From Thermodesulfovibrionia bacterium (GTDB lineage: Bacteria > Nitrospirota > Thermodesulfovibrionia > UBA6902), in NCBI GenBank assembly GCA_963699585.1, contig CAVOUK010000011.1, forward strand, positions 125,231 through 189,230: a stretch of 64,000 nt of DNA, read 5' to 3'. This document shows, in pieces, positions 38,297 through 48,356 of the stretch (position 1 is the stretch's first letter; the number at the start of each line of letters is the position of its first letter). The notes under the pieces are model-generated. The model did not search any database. It saw only the letters and a program-made list of their open reading frames with translations, and was not told where the DNA came from. A program made the translations under genes and the position numbers.

Positions 38297-40039
38297 CTAC
38301 CTCCTGTTAGAGATTTCATCTTTGAGAAAAGTTGTCAAATTATCCAAAGACATTTCTCCAACATTTTCTCCGTTTCTCTTTCTTATATTAACCGCATTGC
38401 TCTCCATTTCTTTATCGCCTATTATACACATATAGGGAGTTTTTAATACAGCGGCCTTCCTTATTTTATAGCCTATTTTCTCGTTCTCTTCATCCATATC
38501 GGCACGTATTCCAGCAGCAATTAAAGATTCTTTTATTCTCCTGCAATATTCTACATGTCTTTCTGAAATAGTCAATATGGATATTTGCACCGGAGAAAGC
38601 CATAATGGAAAGGCCCCGGCATAGTGTTCGATCAGCACTCCGAAGAAACGCTCCAGCGATCCCATAAGCGCACGGTGTATCATAATGGGTCTGTGGTCCC
38701 TGCTGTCTGTTCCCCTGTATGTTATGTCAAGTCTTTCCGGTATATTGAAGTCAACCTGTATTGTGCTGCACTGCCATTGCCTTCCAAGGGAATCTCTGAC
38801 CTTTATATCGATCTTGGGGCCGTAAAATACGCCTTCTCCCGGGTCCACTTCATATCTTAATTCCTTCTTTTTGAGGGCGTGTTCCAGTGCCCCTGTCGCC
38901 TTTTCCCACGCCGCATCGGTCCCAACATATTTATCAGGCCTTGTTGAAAGATAGATATCATAGTCCGAGAATCCAAATGTTTTAAGGACAAAAAGCGTAA
39001 ATTCCAGCACCTTTAAAACTTCTTCCTCTATCTGATCTTCCCTGCAGAATATGTGGGCGTCATCCTGAGTGAACCCGCGGACCCTTAAGAGTCCGTGAAG
39101 GACCCCGGAACGTTCATACCTGTAAACAGTGCCGAGTTCCGCAAAACGCAGAGGCAGTTCTCTGTAGCTTCTGAGATGACTTTTAAAAATAGATACATGG
39201 AAGGGACAGTTCATCGGTTTTATTTCATATTCAAGCCCTTCAATTTCCATCGGCGAATACATGTTCTCTTTATAGAAATCAACATGGCCTGTCTTTTTCC
39301 ACAGATCGAGTTTTGCCATATGCGGAGTATAGAGAATTTGATAACCGGCCTTGTAATGCTCATCAAGCCAGAAATTTTCTATGGCCCTTCTGATCACGGC
39401 GCCTCTTGGATGCCACAGCACCAGTCCGGCCCCTATGTCATCATTCATACTGAAAAGGTCCAGCTCTTTTCCAAGCCTCCTGTGGTCTCTTTTCCTGACC
39501 TCTTCAAGAAATTCGAGATGCTTTTTCAGTTCATCCTTTGCGGGAAATGAAACACCGTATATGCGCTGGAGCATTTTGTTCTTCTCGCTGCCGCGCCAAT
39601 ATGCGCCGGCAACATTCAGAAGCTTGAATGCCCTGACTTTCCCTGTGGATTCCAGATGCGGGCCGCGGCAGAGGTCTGCAAAATTTCCCTCCTCGTAGAT
39701 GGAAACCGTTTCTTCAGTGATCTCATTGATAAGTTCAACTTTATATATTTCGCCGCCTTCCTGAAAAAATTTCAGGGCCTCTTCCTTGGGCATATCTTTC
39801 CTGATAAAAGGTTTATTGGCCTTTATGATCTCCTTCATCTTCTCTTCGATACGCGGCAGGTCTTCCTGTGTGATGGCATGCCCGCAATCAAAATCATAAT
39901 AAAAGCCGTCTGCTATTGCAGGGCCTATTGCAAATTTTGTGTCCGGGAAGAGTTCTTTTACGGCATGCGCCATAATGTGGGACGTGCTATGACGGTAGAC
40001 CTCAAGAAATTCTTTATCTTTTTGTGATGAGTCTGAAAT
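38297..40039 (-). CDS. thrS: threonine--tRNA ligase (lacks N1/TGS domain); start likely ATT at 40037-40039 rather than ATG 39973
   Basis: 558 aa from ATG. An in-frame upstream extension 'ISDSSQKDKEFLEVYRHSTSHI-MAHA' restores the editing-site motif (E. coli 'LEVLRHSCAHLLGHA'). ATT sits 5 nt after the strong SD AAGGGAGG; no ATG/GTG/TTG is available. Confidence 0.8.
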   Translation of the reverse strand: MSDSSQKDKEFLEVYRHSTSHIMAHAVKELFPDTKFAIGPAIADGFYYDFDCGHAITQEDLPRIEEKMKEIIKANKPFIRKDMPKEEALKFFQEGGEIYKVELINEITEETVSIYEEGNFADLCRGPHLESTGKVRAFKLLNVAGAYWRGSEKNKMLQRIYGVSFPAKDELKKHLEFLEEVRKRDHRRLGKELDLFSMNDDIGAGLVLWHPRGAVIRRAIENFWLDEHYKAGYQILYTPHMAKLDLWKKTGHVDFYKENMYSPMEIEGLEYEIKPMNCPFHVSIFKSHLRSYRELPLRFAELGTVYRYERSGVLHGLLRVRGFTQDDAHIFCREDQIEEEVLKVLEFTLFVLKTFGFSDYDIYLSTRPDKYVGTDAAWEKATGALEHALKKKELRYEVDPGEGVFYGPKIDIKVRDSLGRQWQCSTIQVDFNIPERLDITYRGTDSRDHRPIMIHRALMGSLERFFGVLIEHYAGAFPLWLSPVQISILTISERHVEYCRRIKESLIAAGIRADMDEENEKIGYKIRKAAVLKTPYMCIIGDKEMESNAVNIRKRNGENVGEMSLDNLTTFLKDEISNRR

Positions 40040-40056
40040 ATAAACCTCCCTTAATT

Positions 40057-40137
40057 AGCTATCAGCCATTAGCTGTCAGCTTTCAGCAAAAACAGGACTA
40101 ATTTTTTGCTGATGGCTGACTGCTGATAGCTGACAGC
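40057..40137. repeat. inverted arrays of TCAGC heptamers (TATCAGC-CATTAGC-TGTCAGC-TTTCAGC ... GCTGATG-GCTGACT-GCTGATA-GCTGACA)
   Basis: Direct 7-mer array, 20 nt spacer, then the complementary array; sits between tRNA-Val and the thrS RBS. Confidence 0.65.
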
Positions 40138-40147
40138 TTTTTAAAAA

Positions 40148-40222
40148 TGGTAGGCACGAGGGGGATCGAACCCCTGGCCTCTTCCGTGTCAAGGAAGCGC
40201 TCTCCCGCTGAGCTACGCGCCT
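40148..40222 (-). tRNA. tRNA-Val (anticodon GAC)
   Basis: Reverse complement folds as a cloverleaf: acceptor AGGCGCG/CGUGCCU (one G-U), D-arm GCUCAGCGGGAGAGC, anticodon loop UUGACAC, T-loop UUCGAUC, encoded CCA. Confidence 0.7.
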
Positions 40223-40324
40223 TCAAAAAATATAACAAGAACCTGTATGACATTGAAAATATATTTGAATAGATGTTTCTTTGTCAAGGCAGGAGCCGGT
40301 CAACTTTATTTCGGCATTGGACAT

Positions 40325-40363
40325 AAAAAGTCCCTCTGGGAAAATATACTCAGAGGGACTTTT
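40325..40363 (-). terminator. rho-independent terminator downstream of cspA
   Basis: AGTCCCTCTG-loop(12)-CAGAGGGACT, 10 bp stem, followed by a T-run on the minus strand. Confidence 0.65.
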
Positions 40364-40371
40364 GCGGTTCA

Positions 40372-40572
40372 TTAAATTTTATTCACATTAATTGCGTTAG
40401 GGCCTTTGGGACCCTGTTCGATATCAAAACTGACTGAATCACCTTCGGCAAGGGTTTTAAAATCGCTGCCCTGGATCGAAGAATAATGAACAAAAACATC
40501 ACCGCCCTCATCATTTGTTATGAAGCCAAAACCTTTAGCTTCGTTAAACCATTTTACTTTTCCTGTTGCCAA
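40372..40572 (-). CDS. cspA: cold-shock protein
   Basis: 66 aa '[14 protein letters not shown]...DVFVHYSSI' RNP motifs. Confidence 0.9.
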   Translation of the reverse strand: MATGKVKWFNEAKGFGFITNDEGGDVFVHYSSIQGSDFKTLAEGDSVSFDIEQGPKGPNAINVNKI

Positions 40573-40784
40573 CTTCTTTTACCTCCTTATTAGGGCTTAA
40601 GCAAATAAACAGATTTGCTTCCTTAACAACCACAAATCCAGATATCATTACGGTTGTTCTAAATACTTTTAAAAATCTTTTTTACGAGAAAATATAATGT
40701 CATTTTCTTTCACTAAAAGTCAATAAAAAAATGAATGCTTTCGTTATGTTGTCTAATGTGAAAATAATTTAAAATTTGACACGC

Positions 40785-41657
40785 TCAATAAACGATGCTG
40801 ACTGCATCCCGGACAACATCGATCCTGACCGGCAGGGTCCCGAAATAATCTCCGTCTGTCTGAACATGGACCGTGCCATCAGATACTATTTCTGCCTCCG
40901 TAGTTTTAAAATATGAAACATCATCAAAGCTTAAGTGTTTTCTTCTGAGCACCCCGATGATAAAACGCAGCAGGTCTCTCCGTGATCTGCTCTTTAAAAC
41001 ACAAACATCAAGCAGCGGCTCTGTAATGGATGCATGCGGAGTGACAGAAAAATACCCGCCGTAATTTCCGGCATTTCCGATAACAACAGTATATCCGGTC
41101 AGTTCACATGCCGGTGTTTTGATTTTAATAAGTGAGGGACCGTATTTCATGAAGACTTTTAATCCTGCAGCAATGTGCGCCGCTTTACCGGATATTTGCT
41201 TCAGTAAATTCCTTCTTACACTCAGTACAGTCTCACCGTCAAAACCAATACCTGCCATTAAAGTAAAATATCTGCCGTTGATCCTTCCAAGGGTTATTTT
41301 TCGTGCAGTCCCTGTCAATGCAAGCTCAGCCGCTTTCTTTATGTCTTCCGGTATCTTCAGTTCTTTGGCAAGGACATTTGCTGTTCCGGTCGGGACCAGA
41401 GCAAGGGGTATGCCGGCAAGGCTGATATTTTCTGATGAAAGAAGACCGTTGAGGACTTCGTTGAATGTTCCGTCCCCTCCGGACACTATAATACGGTCCG
41501 AGTCACAATCGTTCTTTGCGTATTCAAAGGCATCCCCCCTTTTTTTCGTAACAAATGTCTTCAGGCCCGCTTCTCTGCTTAACAGCGATTCGATCTCGTG
41601 TATCGATCTGTGTGCCTTATTTCCTGCTGAGGGATTTACGATGAGACTTACGTTCAA
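40785..41657 (-). CDS. diacylglycerol/lipid kinase (YegS/DAGK_cat family)
   Basis: 290 aa; 'IIVSGGDGTFNEV' catalytic-domain motif. Confidence 0.75.
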   Translation of the reverse strand: MNVSLIVNPSAGNKAHRSIHEIESLLSREAGLKTFVTKKRGDAFEYAKNDCDSDRIIVSGGDGTFNEVLNGLLSSENISLAGIPLALVPTGTANVLAKELKIPEDIKKAAELALTGTARKITLGRINGRYFTLMAGIGFDGETVLSVRRNLLKQISGKAAHIAAGLKVFMKYGPSLIKIKTPACELTGYTVVIGNAGNYGGYFSVTPHASITEPLLDVCVLKSRSRRDLLRFIIGVLRRKHLSFDDVSYFKTTEAEIVSDGTVHVQTDGDYFGTLPVRIDVVRDAVSIVY

Positions 41658-42435
41658 AAATTTCCTTTAATGTCATGGCCCCTTCACAGGGTTTAATATT
41701 GTCAATCAGGACAGGGACCATCTGCAGGTATTTAATAAGTTCTTTTACCTCTCCGCCGGTAATGAAAAAGGCCCTGCCTCCATACGGGATGCCTCTTTTT
41801 TTAATGTGCGGAAGCCTGATATATCCAAAAGCACGTGATGCAATATATCCTGTTGTATAATTAGGGTCATCAGATATGCATAATTCCCCAAGGACCATCG
41901 GGTATTTATGGACCTTGCTTGCCAGGACAAGGGCCTCTTTTACAGTATCATTATTGATGCCGAGTTTATTTAATTGTCTTGAAAGGGCTGCATCTGCTTT
42001 TTTTGTTATGCCCATGCGTGTCACCCTCACACCGCGCAAAAGGTCAGGCTCAAGCCTTACCCCTTCAATATCCATAAGCATGGCGCCTCTCATTGTAATA
42101 CCGATTGTAAGGGATTTAAATGCCTCATCTATTGCCCTTTCAGTTATGCCGATATGTGAGAGAATTTTAAAGACGGCTTTCTGTACCGCCTCAGGATTAC
42201 CTGTTTTCAAAGTACAAACCGGGAGAGAAGAAATTTTACGGGGCTTCTCTTTAAGCTCCTCTATTGTAAGGCGTATTTCATCCGCCCTTCCCTTCTCATG
42301 TGTAAGGGCCCTTCCGGTATATTCTTTAACAATATCTATAATATCGTCCTTTTCATATATACCTTCGGCGCCGGATGAATGAACACCATTTTGGGCCGCC
42401 CTCATTCTTACGCTGTAATGCAAATATTTTGACAT
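41617..42435 (-). CDS. bioW: 6-carboxyhexanoate--CoA ligase (pimeloyl-CoA synthetase)
   Basis: 272 aa; matches BioW blocks 'YSVRMRA', 'ALVLASKV', 'ELCISDDPNYTTGYIA', 'RAFFI'; immediately downstream of bioB. Confidence 0.7.
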   Translation of the reverse strand: MSKYLHYSVRMRAAQNGVHSSGAEGIYEKDDIIDIVKEYTGRALTHEKGRADEIRLTIEELKEKPRKISSLPVCTLKTGNPEAVQKAVFKILSHIGITERAIDEAFKSLTIGITMRGAMLMDIEGVRLEPDLLRGVRVTRMGITKKADAALSRQLNKLGINNDTVKEALVLASKVHKYPMVLGELCISDDPNYTTGYIASRAFGYIRLPHIKKRGIPYGGRAFFITGGEVKELIKYLQMVPVLIDNIKPCEGAMTLKEIFERKSHRKSLSRK

Positions 42436-43406
42436 TATATTTCTAACCCCATGTCATTGATCATCTGTAAGTCTTCTTCAGGTCTTTTACCCTGCGTCGT
42501 GAGGTAATTTCCGATCAGCAGCCCGTCAGCGCCCGCAAAAAATATATAGGAATTCAGCTCCCTTAGAGTCTGAGGCCTGCCGCCGCAAACCCTTATCTCG
42601 GAGCCGGGGAGTATAAGCCTGTAGACCGCTATTATTTTCAGCGCTTCCAACGGACTTAATAATTTCGAATCTCCCAACGGTGTTCCGTTTACGGGTGTTA
42701 AAAAATTTATCGGCACAGATTCAATGTTCAATTCTTTAATTGCAAATGCCATATCAATACGGTCTTCCCATGTTTCACCGAGTCCGAAGATACCGCCGCT
42801 GCATACTGAAAGTCCCAGCGATTTTGCAGCCTCAATGGTCTTTATCTTTTCCCGGTACGTATGAGTTGTGCATATTTCACTGAAAAAAGCCTCTGATGTT
42901 TCGAGGTTATGATGATATCTGTAAAGCCCCGCATCTTTTAATTGAGCAAGCTGCTCTTTTTCAAGCATTCCAAGGGTGGCGCATGGCAGAAACCCAAGGT
43001 CCCTGATCTCAGAAATAAATGTGCATATATCTTTCAATTCCGGATCTGAAGGCTTCATCCCGCTTGTAACAATGCAGAATCGCCTGGCCCCGTGTTTTTT
43101 TGCAGAATTTGCTGCATCCAGGATTTTCTCTTTATCGAGCAAAGGATGTATATTTACAGATGTTTTACTATGTGCAGATTGCGCACAAAAAGAGCAATCC
43201 TCAGGGCATGTGCCTGATTTAGCATTGATAATTGAGCACAGATCAACCTTATTGCCTCTGAATTTTTCCCTTACCCTGTTTGATAAGGTGAAAAGCTCAT
43301 AAATTTCAGCGCCTTTTCTCTCTGACATTTGAAGGGCAGTCTGCCTGTCGATTCCCTGAACATTATGCATAGCTGTCTTATGTGTTTTTTCCTCTGTAAT
43401 TAGCAT
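42435..43406 (-). CDS. bioB: biotin synthase (radical SAM)
   Basis: 323 aa; 'CPEDCSFCAQS' radical-SAM cysteine motif and BioB C-terminal region. Confidence 0.9.
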   Translation of the reverse strand: MLITEEKTHKTAMHNVQGIDRQTALQMSERKGAEIYELFTLSNRVREKFRGNKVDLCSIINAKSGTCPEDCSFCAQSAHSKTSVNIHPLLDKEKILDAANSAKKHGARRFCIVTSGMKPSDPELKDICTFISEIRDLGFLPCATLGMLEKEQLAQLKDAGLYRYHHNLETSEAFFSEICTTHTYREKIKTIEAAKSLGLSVCSGGIFGLGETWEDRIDMAFAIKELNIESVPINFLTPVNGTPLGDSKLLSPLEALKIIAVYRLILPGSEIRVCGGRPQTLRELNSYIFFAGADGLLIGNYLTTQGKRPEEDLQMINDMGLEI

Positions 43407-43699
43407 GTGCTATTATCTACATGAAAATAGGAAGTTGTCAATAAGTAGTATTATTCTGAAAAATGATAAAGCGCTAACGGAGAGTAATGATGTCATTAAG
43501 ATTAAGATATGCGATTATAAGACGTATTATCAATATGCATTACCAAGCCGAGGTTATTAAAGTAATCATGTTATGTCAGGATCTATTCAACTTTATTTTG
43601 TTCCGATGGATGCGTGTTACTTTGATACATTCTGTTCTCACAGTTATGTTGAAGCGGTACACAATCCACTGTCCTGTATTAATCGTTATTTAACCTGAT

Positions 43700-45290
43700 T
43701 GTCATCAATCCACAGAAACATTCTCATGTCAATAACTGCACACGGTCAGGTTTTGCAGTATTAACTCATCCCTGAGAGATAAAGAGATGCTTGAATGAAC
43801 CGGTGGCAAATAAGTTGCGGCTCATGATTAGTTACTATGTGAATGAAATTTAGGTCCGCGATCCTTATGCAATAGGCGGATTACTTAACGATGTTACTCT
43901 AAATCGGTTTACAGTTCGGATGCAGTCTGTATCATCACATCGATGCAATTGTTATGCTACTGCGTCCTGCAGGATGGCTTTAGAAAAAGACTGCCGTCGG
44001 CACCAGGGTAACAACTGAGGTATCATCACAGTCTGTAAGTTTGGACAGTGAATCCGACCTGAAGATCTATGGAATCAGAAGGCTACAAACTAGGCCTTTA
44101 GGAGCTGATCACCGACTAATCTCATGTACTCGTGTTTTGAGCAGATAACTAACGTAGCTATGCGACAATCAACTCCACTCCGTAATTGGCTCAATATCAA
44201 CCCGTTGCTCCATCCAGAATTCAGCACACTACCATGAACCCGATCAACGTGATTATAACGTTTGTTCAGGGTTCACTTTTTAAATAGCGACAGATCATTA
44301 ACACCGTCTCCAGAATGTTGGCGAACAGTATCGAACGTCTGACAATCTGCCTGCTAGATCATGACACTTGTATAGTCAGTACTGATGCTGCAGTTGAGAC
44401 CATCATAGCAGAAATGACTCCACTGCACCGGGAGTGATAGCTCAAACCGTTGCATAGAGGCTGCTTCTGGCCGTTTGAACTCGAGGCACGACCCAGTCAA
44501 TACCTTAACCGTCACCGGTCAATGACGTTTATACGACCAACTCTTAGAATTTAGATTAAGGCCACGATGTAACGCTACTACCTGAAGCATCAAATATCTC
44601 GGTCACTTTCACCGGACTCACCCCTTATCCAGTTCTATGCCTGTAAGTGCGATTAACATCCATGTGGTTCAGTAGTTACCCTGCTTTCAAGATAAATCCA
44701 CTATCATCGTGACACTGTTATCCAGATGTCACCAAGTGACAAACTTCACTAACGCAAGCCAATCGATCTCGTAAGTGCTGATATAACATGTGTAGCTTCA
44801 ATGGGTACCCTGCTTCGGATATCCATAAGTCATTAGCGCCGTCTGACAGATCAATGTCAGACAAAAGTTCGTATGCAAACGGTGCAATAATAAAGTAACT
44901 ATTTAGCAAAAGTGACAATTATGTAATCACTGTTTTAGCATATTCAATCCTCCAGTATGAATCGTAAGATTAATGAGCATATTGACACCATATCAACCAG
45001 GACATTGATAGCATACAATTGATTGTAACTACAATGAGACTTCTATCTAGAGGATTCTGAGCTCTGAAGCTCGAAATAGGTCAATTATCTGACATTCTAC
45101 TAAGGCAGATGCGTCTTATCTTAATGCTTATAGGACTTTAAACAGTATTTATCGATATCTCCACTCTTATATAACAGAGTGCCTACTGTCAATAATATGA
45201 TCAGTATGTCAAACTCGGTTATTTCAACTGGGAATTCACAGACAACTTATCCATATTTACTAAGATCCGATCAGTTTATGTTATAATTTT
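43700..45290. other. ~1.6 kb ORF-free, random-like region (unexplained)
   Basis: No ORF >66 aa in any frame between bioB and the flavin reductase gene; frequent stops in all frames. No repeats, RBS-led ORFs or obvious long-range pairing seen by eye. Confidence 0.5.
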
Positions 45291-45328
45291 ATGATAGGTT
45301 GACTCTATCCTGCGAACGGAGTCAAGAA

Positions 45329-45790
45329 ATGAACGATTTTGAAAAGGCATTTGGAAAGATCCAAAACGGTGTTTTTGTTGTAACTACAAAACATGGAGAT
45401 AAAGCCAATGGAATGACTGCGGTATGGGTGGCACGGGCGTCCTTTAAGCCGCCCATGCTGTCCGTTGCCATTGGTAAAACACGGTATAGTCATGAGCTGA
45501 TAAAAGAAAGCGGCGTCTTTGCAGTGAATATTCTTTCTGAAAAACAGATAGCACAGGGAAAACTTTTCGGTTTCAGATCCGGTAGGATAACCGACAAATT
45601 AAAAGATTTTGAATATACAACAGGCAAAACAGGTTCTCCAATACTTAAAGATATTTCAGGGTATCTTGACTGCAAGGTTGTCAAAACATGCAATGCAGGA
45701 GACCATACCATCTTTGTAGGTGAAGTCCTTGATGCCGGATCTTATAATAACAACCATCCGCTTCTATACAGACATGATGATTTCTTTTAA
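45329..45790 (+). CDS. flavin reductase-like FMN-binding protein
   Basis: Start MNDFEKAF...; split-barrel flavin reductase-like pattern 'GVFVVTTKHGDKANGMTAVWV'. Confidence 0.7.
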   Translation: MNDFEKAFGKIQNGVFVVTTKHGDKANGMTAVWVARASFKPPMLSVAIGKTRYSHELIKESGVFAVNILSEKQIAQGKLFGFRSGRITDKLKDFEYTTGKTGSPILKDISGYLDCKVVKTCNAGDHTIFVGEVLDAGSYNNNHPLLYRHDDFF

Positions 45791-45800
45791 GGGAGGTCTT

Positions 45801-46316
45801 ATGAAAACCATAAGTTCAAAAATAATACTTGTTGTGTTATCTGCTGTCATCCTATCATGTGCTCCGGGAAGATATTTGAGAACAGAAGTGGCCGCGCCTT
45901 CCGAGATTACGGGAAACTATATTTTAATGCTTTATGGGGGCCGATACAGCGATGACATAGAAAATGTAGCAATTCTTGATAAAGAGGGAGATCCGTATAC
46001 CTTTGAGATATTTGCACGTCCGGATAATTATACAGTACATGTAAATGTCCCTGCAAAAGAAGTCCTCGATGAAGCACAAAAGTTTGTCCGCACCCACAGG
46101 TCTTTCCTGAGATCAAAACTCAGCAGGATTATTGGTCCCAATGGGAATGTTATAGGATATGAATTGCGTCCGTTATATCAAATGCTCGAATTTGGTTCTT
46201 CTGATGTCCTTTCAATAAATTACAGGATTAAGGACAGTAAGGTTATCGTCGATATACGGCCAGGCCAGGAAGTTGAACACAACGAACCATTTTTATTCAG
46301 AAGAATGAATAAGTAA
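45801..46316 (+). CDS. hypothetical lipoprotein
   Basis: RBS GGGAGG before ATG; signal peptide with 'ILSC' lipobox. Confidence 0.5.
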   Translation: MKTISSKIILVVLSAVILSCAPGRYLRTEVAAPSEITGNYILMLYGGRYSDDIENVAILDKEGDPYTFEIFARPDNYTVHVNVPAKEVLDEAQKFVRTHRSFLRSKLSRIIGPNGNVIGYELRPLYQMLEFGSSDVLSINYRIKDSKVIVDIRPGQEVEHNEPFLFRRMNK

Positions 46317-46328
46317 TAAAAGATCCCC

Positions 46329-47636
46329 ATGCCTGTCACAATTTCTTTTCATGGCGGAGTTGAAACCGTTACCGGTTCATGTCATCTTGCTGAATGCGGA
46401 GGGGATCAATATCCTTGTCGACTGCGGTCTTTTCCAGGGATGACCTCACGGACTGAAGAAAAGAATTTTGATGATTTCGGGTTTGATCCTTCATCTTTAG
46501 ATTATCTTCTGCTCACACATGGGCATCTCGACCATTGCGGCAGGATTCCGTTACTTGTGAAAAAAGGCTTTAAAGGCAAGATCGTTTGTACTTCAGCTAC
46601 ATATGATATCGCAAAAATTATCCTCCTTGACACTGCCAGAATACAGGAAGAAGATTTTGAACACTGGAAAAAGATAAAACGCCGTACCGGAGATTTACAG
46701 CGTGACCCGCTTTATACAACCCTTGAGGCCCTTGACTCCCTGCGATATTTTAATCCTGTAGACGGATATGACAAACCTGTTAACTTAAGCGGAAACATAA
46801 CGGCAAATTTCAGAGACGCGGGACATATCTTCGGCTCTGCATTTATAGAGGTCGATATCAAAGGGTATGGCAGGGTCATATTTTCGGGCGACCTCGGCAA
46901 CAGGAACAAGCCTATAATCAAAGACCCTTCATTTCCGGACAAGGCGGATTTTTTAGTAATTGAAGGCACCTATTCAAACAGAAATCACAAGAACATCGAT
47001 GAATCCGTTCAGGAACTTAAGCAGGCGATCATTGATACCTTTAGAAAAGGCGGCAATCTGCTGGTCCCTGCTTTCGCCATAGAAAGGGCCCAGGATATAC
47101 TCTATTATTTAAGAGAATTCCAGGAGAAGGGAGAGATCCCCTCCTGCAATGTCTTTCTTGATTCACCAATGGCGCTCAATGTTGCTGAAATCATGCGGAG
47201 AAATCCGGGGTATTTTGACCAGGAGACCGCAAAACTCTTTCAGGAGAAAAAAGACCCGTTTTCCTTCCCGGGCCTGAAGCTGATCAGGACCCAGGAGGAA
47301 TCCAGGCAGATCAATTTCATCAAGAGCCGCGCTATCATCATTGCCGGGTCAGGCATGTGCACAGGGGGAAGAATAAAGCATCATCTCAAGCACAACATCT
47401 GGAGAAAAGAATCTTCGATCGTTTTTGTGGGATACCAGGCTGAAGGGACCCTCGGAAGAGAGATAGTTGACGGTGAAAGAACAGTGAAGATCTTTGAAGA
47501 TAGATTCAAAGTAAATGCACAGGTTTATACAATCGGGGGCTTTTCAGCCCACGCTGACAGGGACACCCTTATAGATTGGTTAGAGCATATCAATGGATTG
47601 GAACAGACTTTTCTTGGTGCATGGAGAAAGAGATAG
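46329..47636 (+). CDS. MBL-fold beta-CASP RNA-metabolising hydrolase (RNase J-like), with a compensating +1/-1 pair near 46390-46450
   Basis: 'LLTHGHLDHCGRIP' motif; the expected 'GGINILVDCGLFQG' is encoded in the alternate frame between two G-runs (gggg/ggg). Confidence 0.7.
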   Translation: MPVTISFHGGVETVTGSCHLAECGGDQYPCRLRSFPGMTSRTEEKNFDDFGFDPSSLDYLLLTHGHLDHCGRIPLLVKKGFKGKIVCTSATYDIAKIILLDTARIQEEDFEHWKKIKRRTGDLQRDPLYTTLEALDSLRYFNPVDGYDKPVNLSGNITANFRDAGHIFGSAFIEVDIKGYGRVIFSGDLGNRNKPIIKDPSFPDKADFLVIEGTYSNRNHKNIDESVQELKQAIIDTFRKGGNLLVPAFAIERAQDILYYLREFQEKGEIPSCNVFLDSPMALNVAEIMRRNPGYFDQETAKLFQEKKDPFSFPGLKLIRTQEESRQINFIKSRAIIIAGSGMCTGGRIKHHLKHNIWRKESSIVFVGYQAEGTLGREIVDGERTVKIFEDRFKVNAQVYTIGGFSAHADRDTLIDWLEHINGLEQTFLGAWRKR

Positions 47637-47733
47637 TCTGCTTTCATTTCAGAAAGTGCTGCTTGAAAGAAAAATATCTGATATAGGTACGCATCCCCCG
47701 TCTGCATGAATCTTTTTTATTACAGGGTAGCCA

Positions 47734-48306
47734 ATGAAACTGAAAATAGGAGTTATGGGAAGTGCAAGTTCCAAGGTGTCCAAAAAATATATGGACATTG
47801 CCTACAAGCTGGGCCGAGCCATAGCAAAGAATGATTGCATAACTGTAACAGGCGCATGTCCCGGCCTCCCGCTTGCTGCCGCCAACGGAGCAAAAGATGA
47901 AGGCGGACTAGTAGTTGGCATCTCCCCTGCCCTCAGTATCCTGGAACACAGGAATAAATATCACTCACCAACCGAGCACCACGATGTTCTGATATTTACA
48001 GGCAGCGGATTGATGGGAAGAGAGGTGGTAAACATACGCTCATCGGACATAGTGATTGTCATTGGAGGCAGGTCAGGAACGCTGGGAGAATTTTCTATTG
48101 CCTATGACGAGGGGAAACTTATCGGAGCGCTCCTTGGCACAAACGGCATCACTTCGGAGATCAGCAATCTTGTTAAACTCATCAGGAAAAAAACCGGTTC
48201 TAAAATAATCTACGATAACGACCCTGATAAACTCGTAAATGCGCTCTTGCAATATTACGCAAAAAAACATTACAAACGGCCTTCCTGCTTTCATGTTGAA
48301 GAATAA
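47734..48306 (+). CDS. LOG-family / TIGR00725 protein
   Basis: 190 aa; 'IGVMGSAS', 'VVIGGRSGTLGE' Rossmann-like LOG motifs. Confidence 0.65.
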   Translation: MKLKIGVMGSASSKVSKKYMDIAYKLGRAIAKNDCITVTGACPGLPLAAANGAKDEGGLVVGISPALSILEHRNKYHSPTEHHDVLIFTGSGLMGREVVNIRSSDIVIVIGGRSGTLGEFSIAYDEGKLIGALLGTNGITSEISNLVKLIRKKTGSKIIYDNDPDKLVNALLQYYAKKHYKRPSCFHVEE

Positions 48307-48356
48307 ATACGTCAGCAATGACAGCCCTGAACCGTTCAACCGGCCCGGACTAAACA

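Noticed and set aside
43487-43693. 68 aa plus-strand ORF upstream of bioB
   Set aside because: AT-rich leader region, hydrophobic low-complexity product, no RBS; probably spurious. A BirA operator was also looked for here but no convincing TGTAAAC-N-GTTTACA site was seen.
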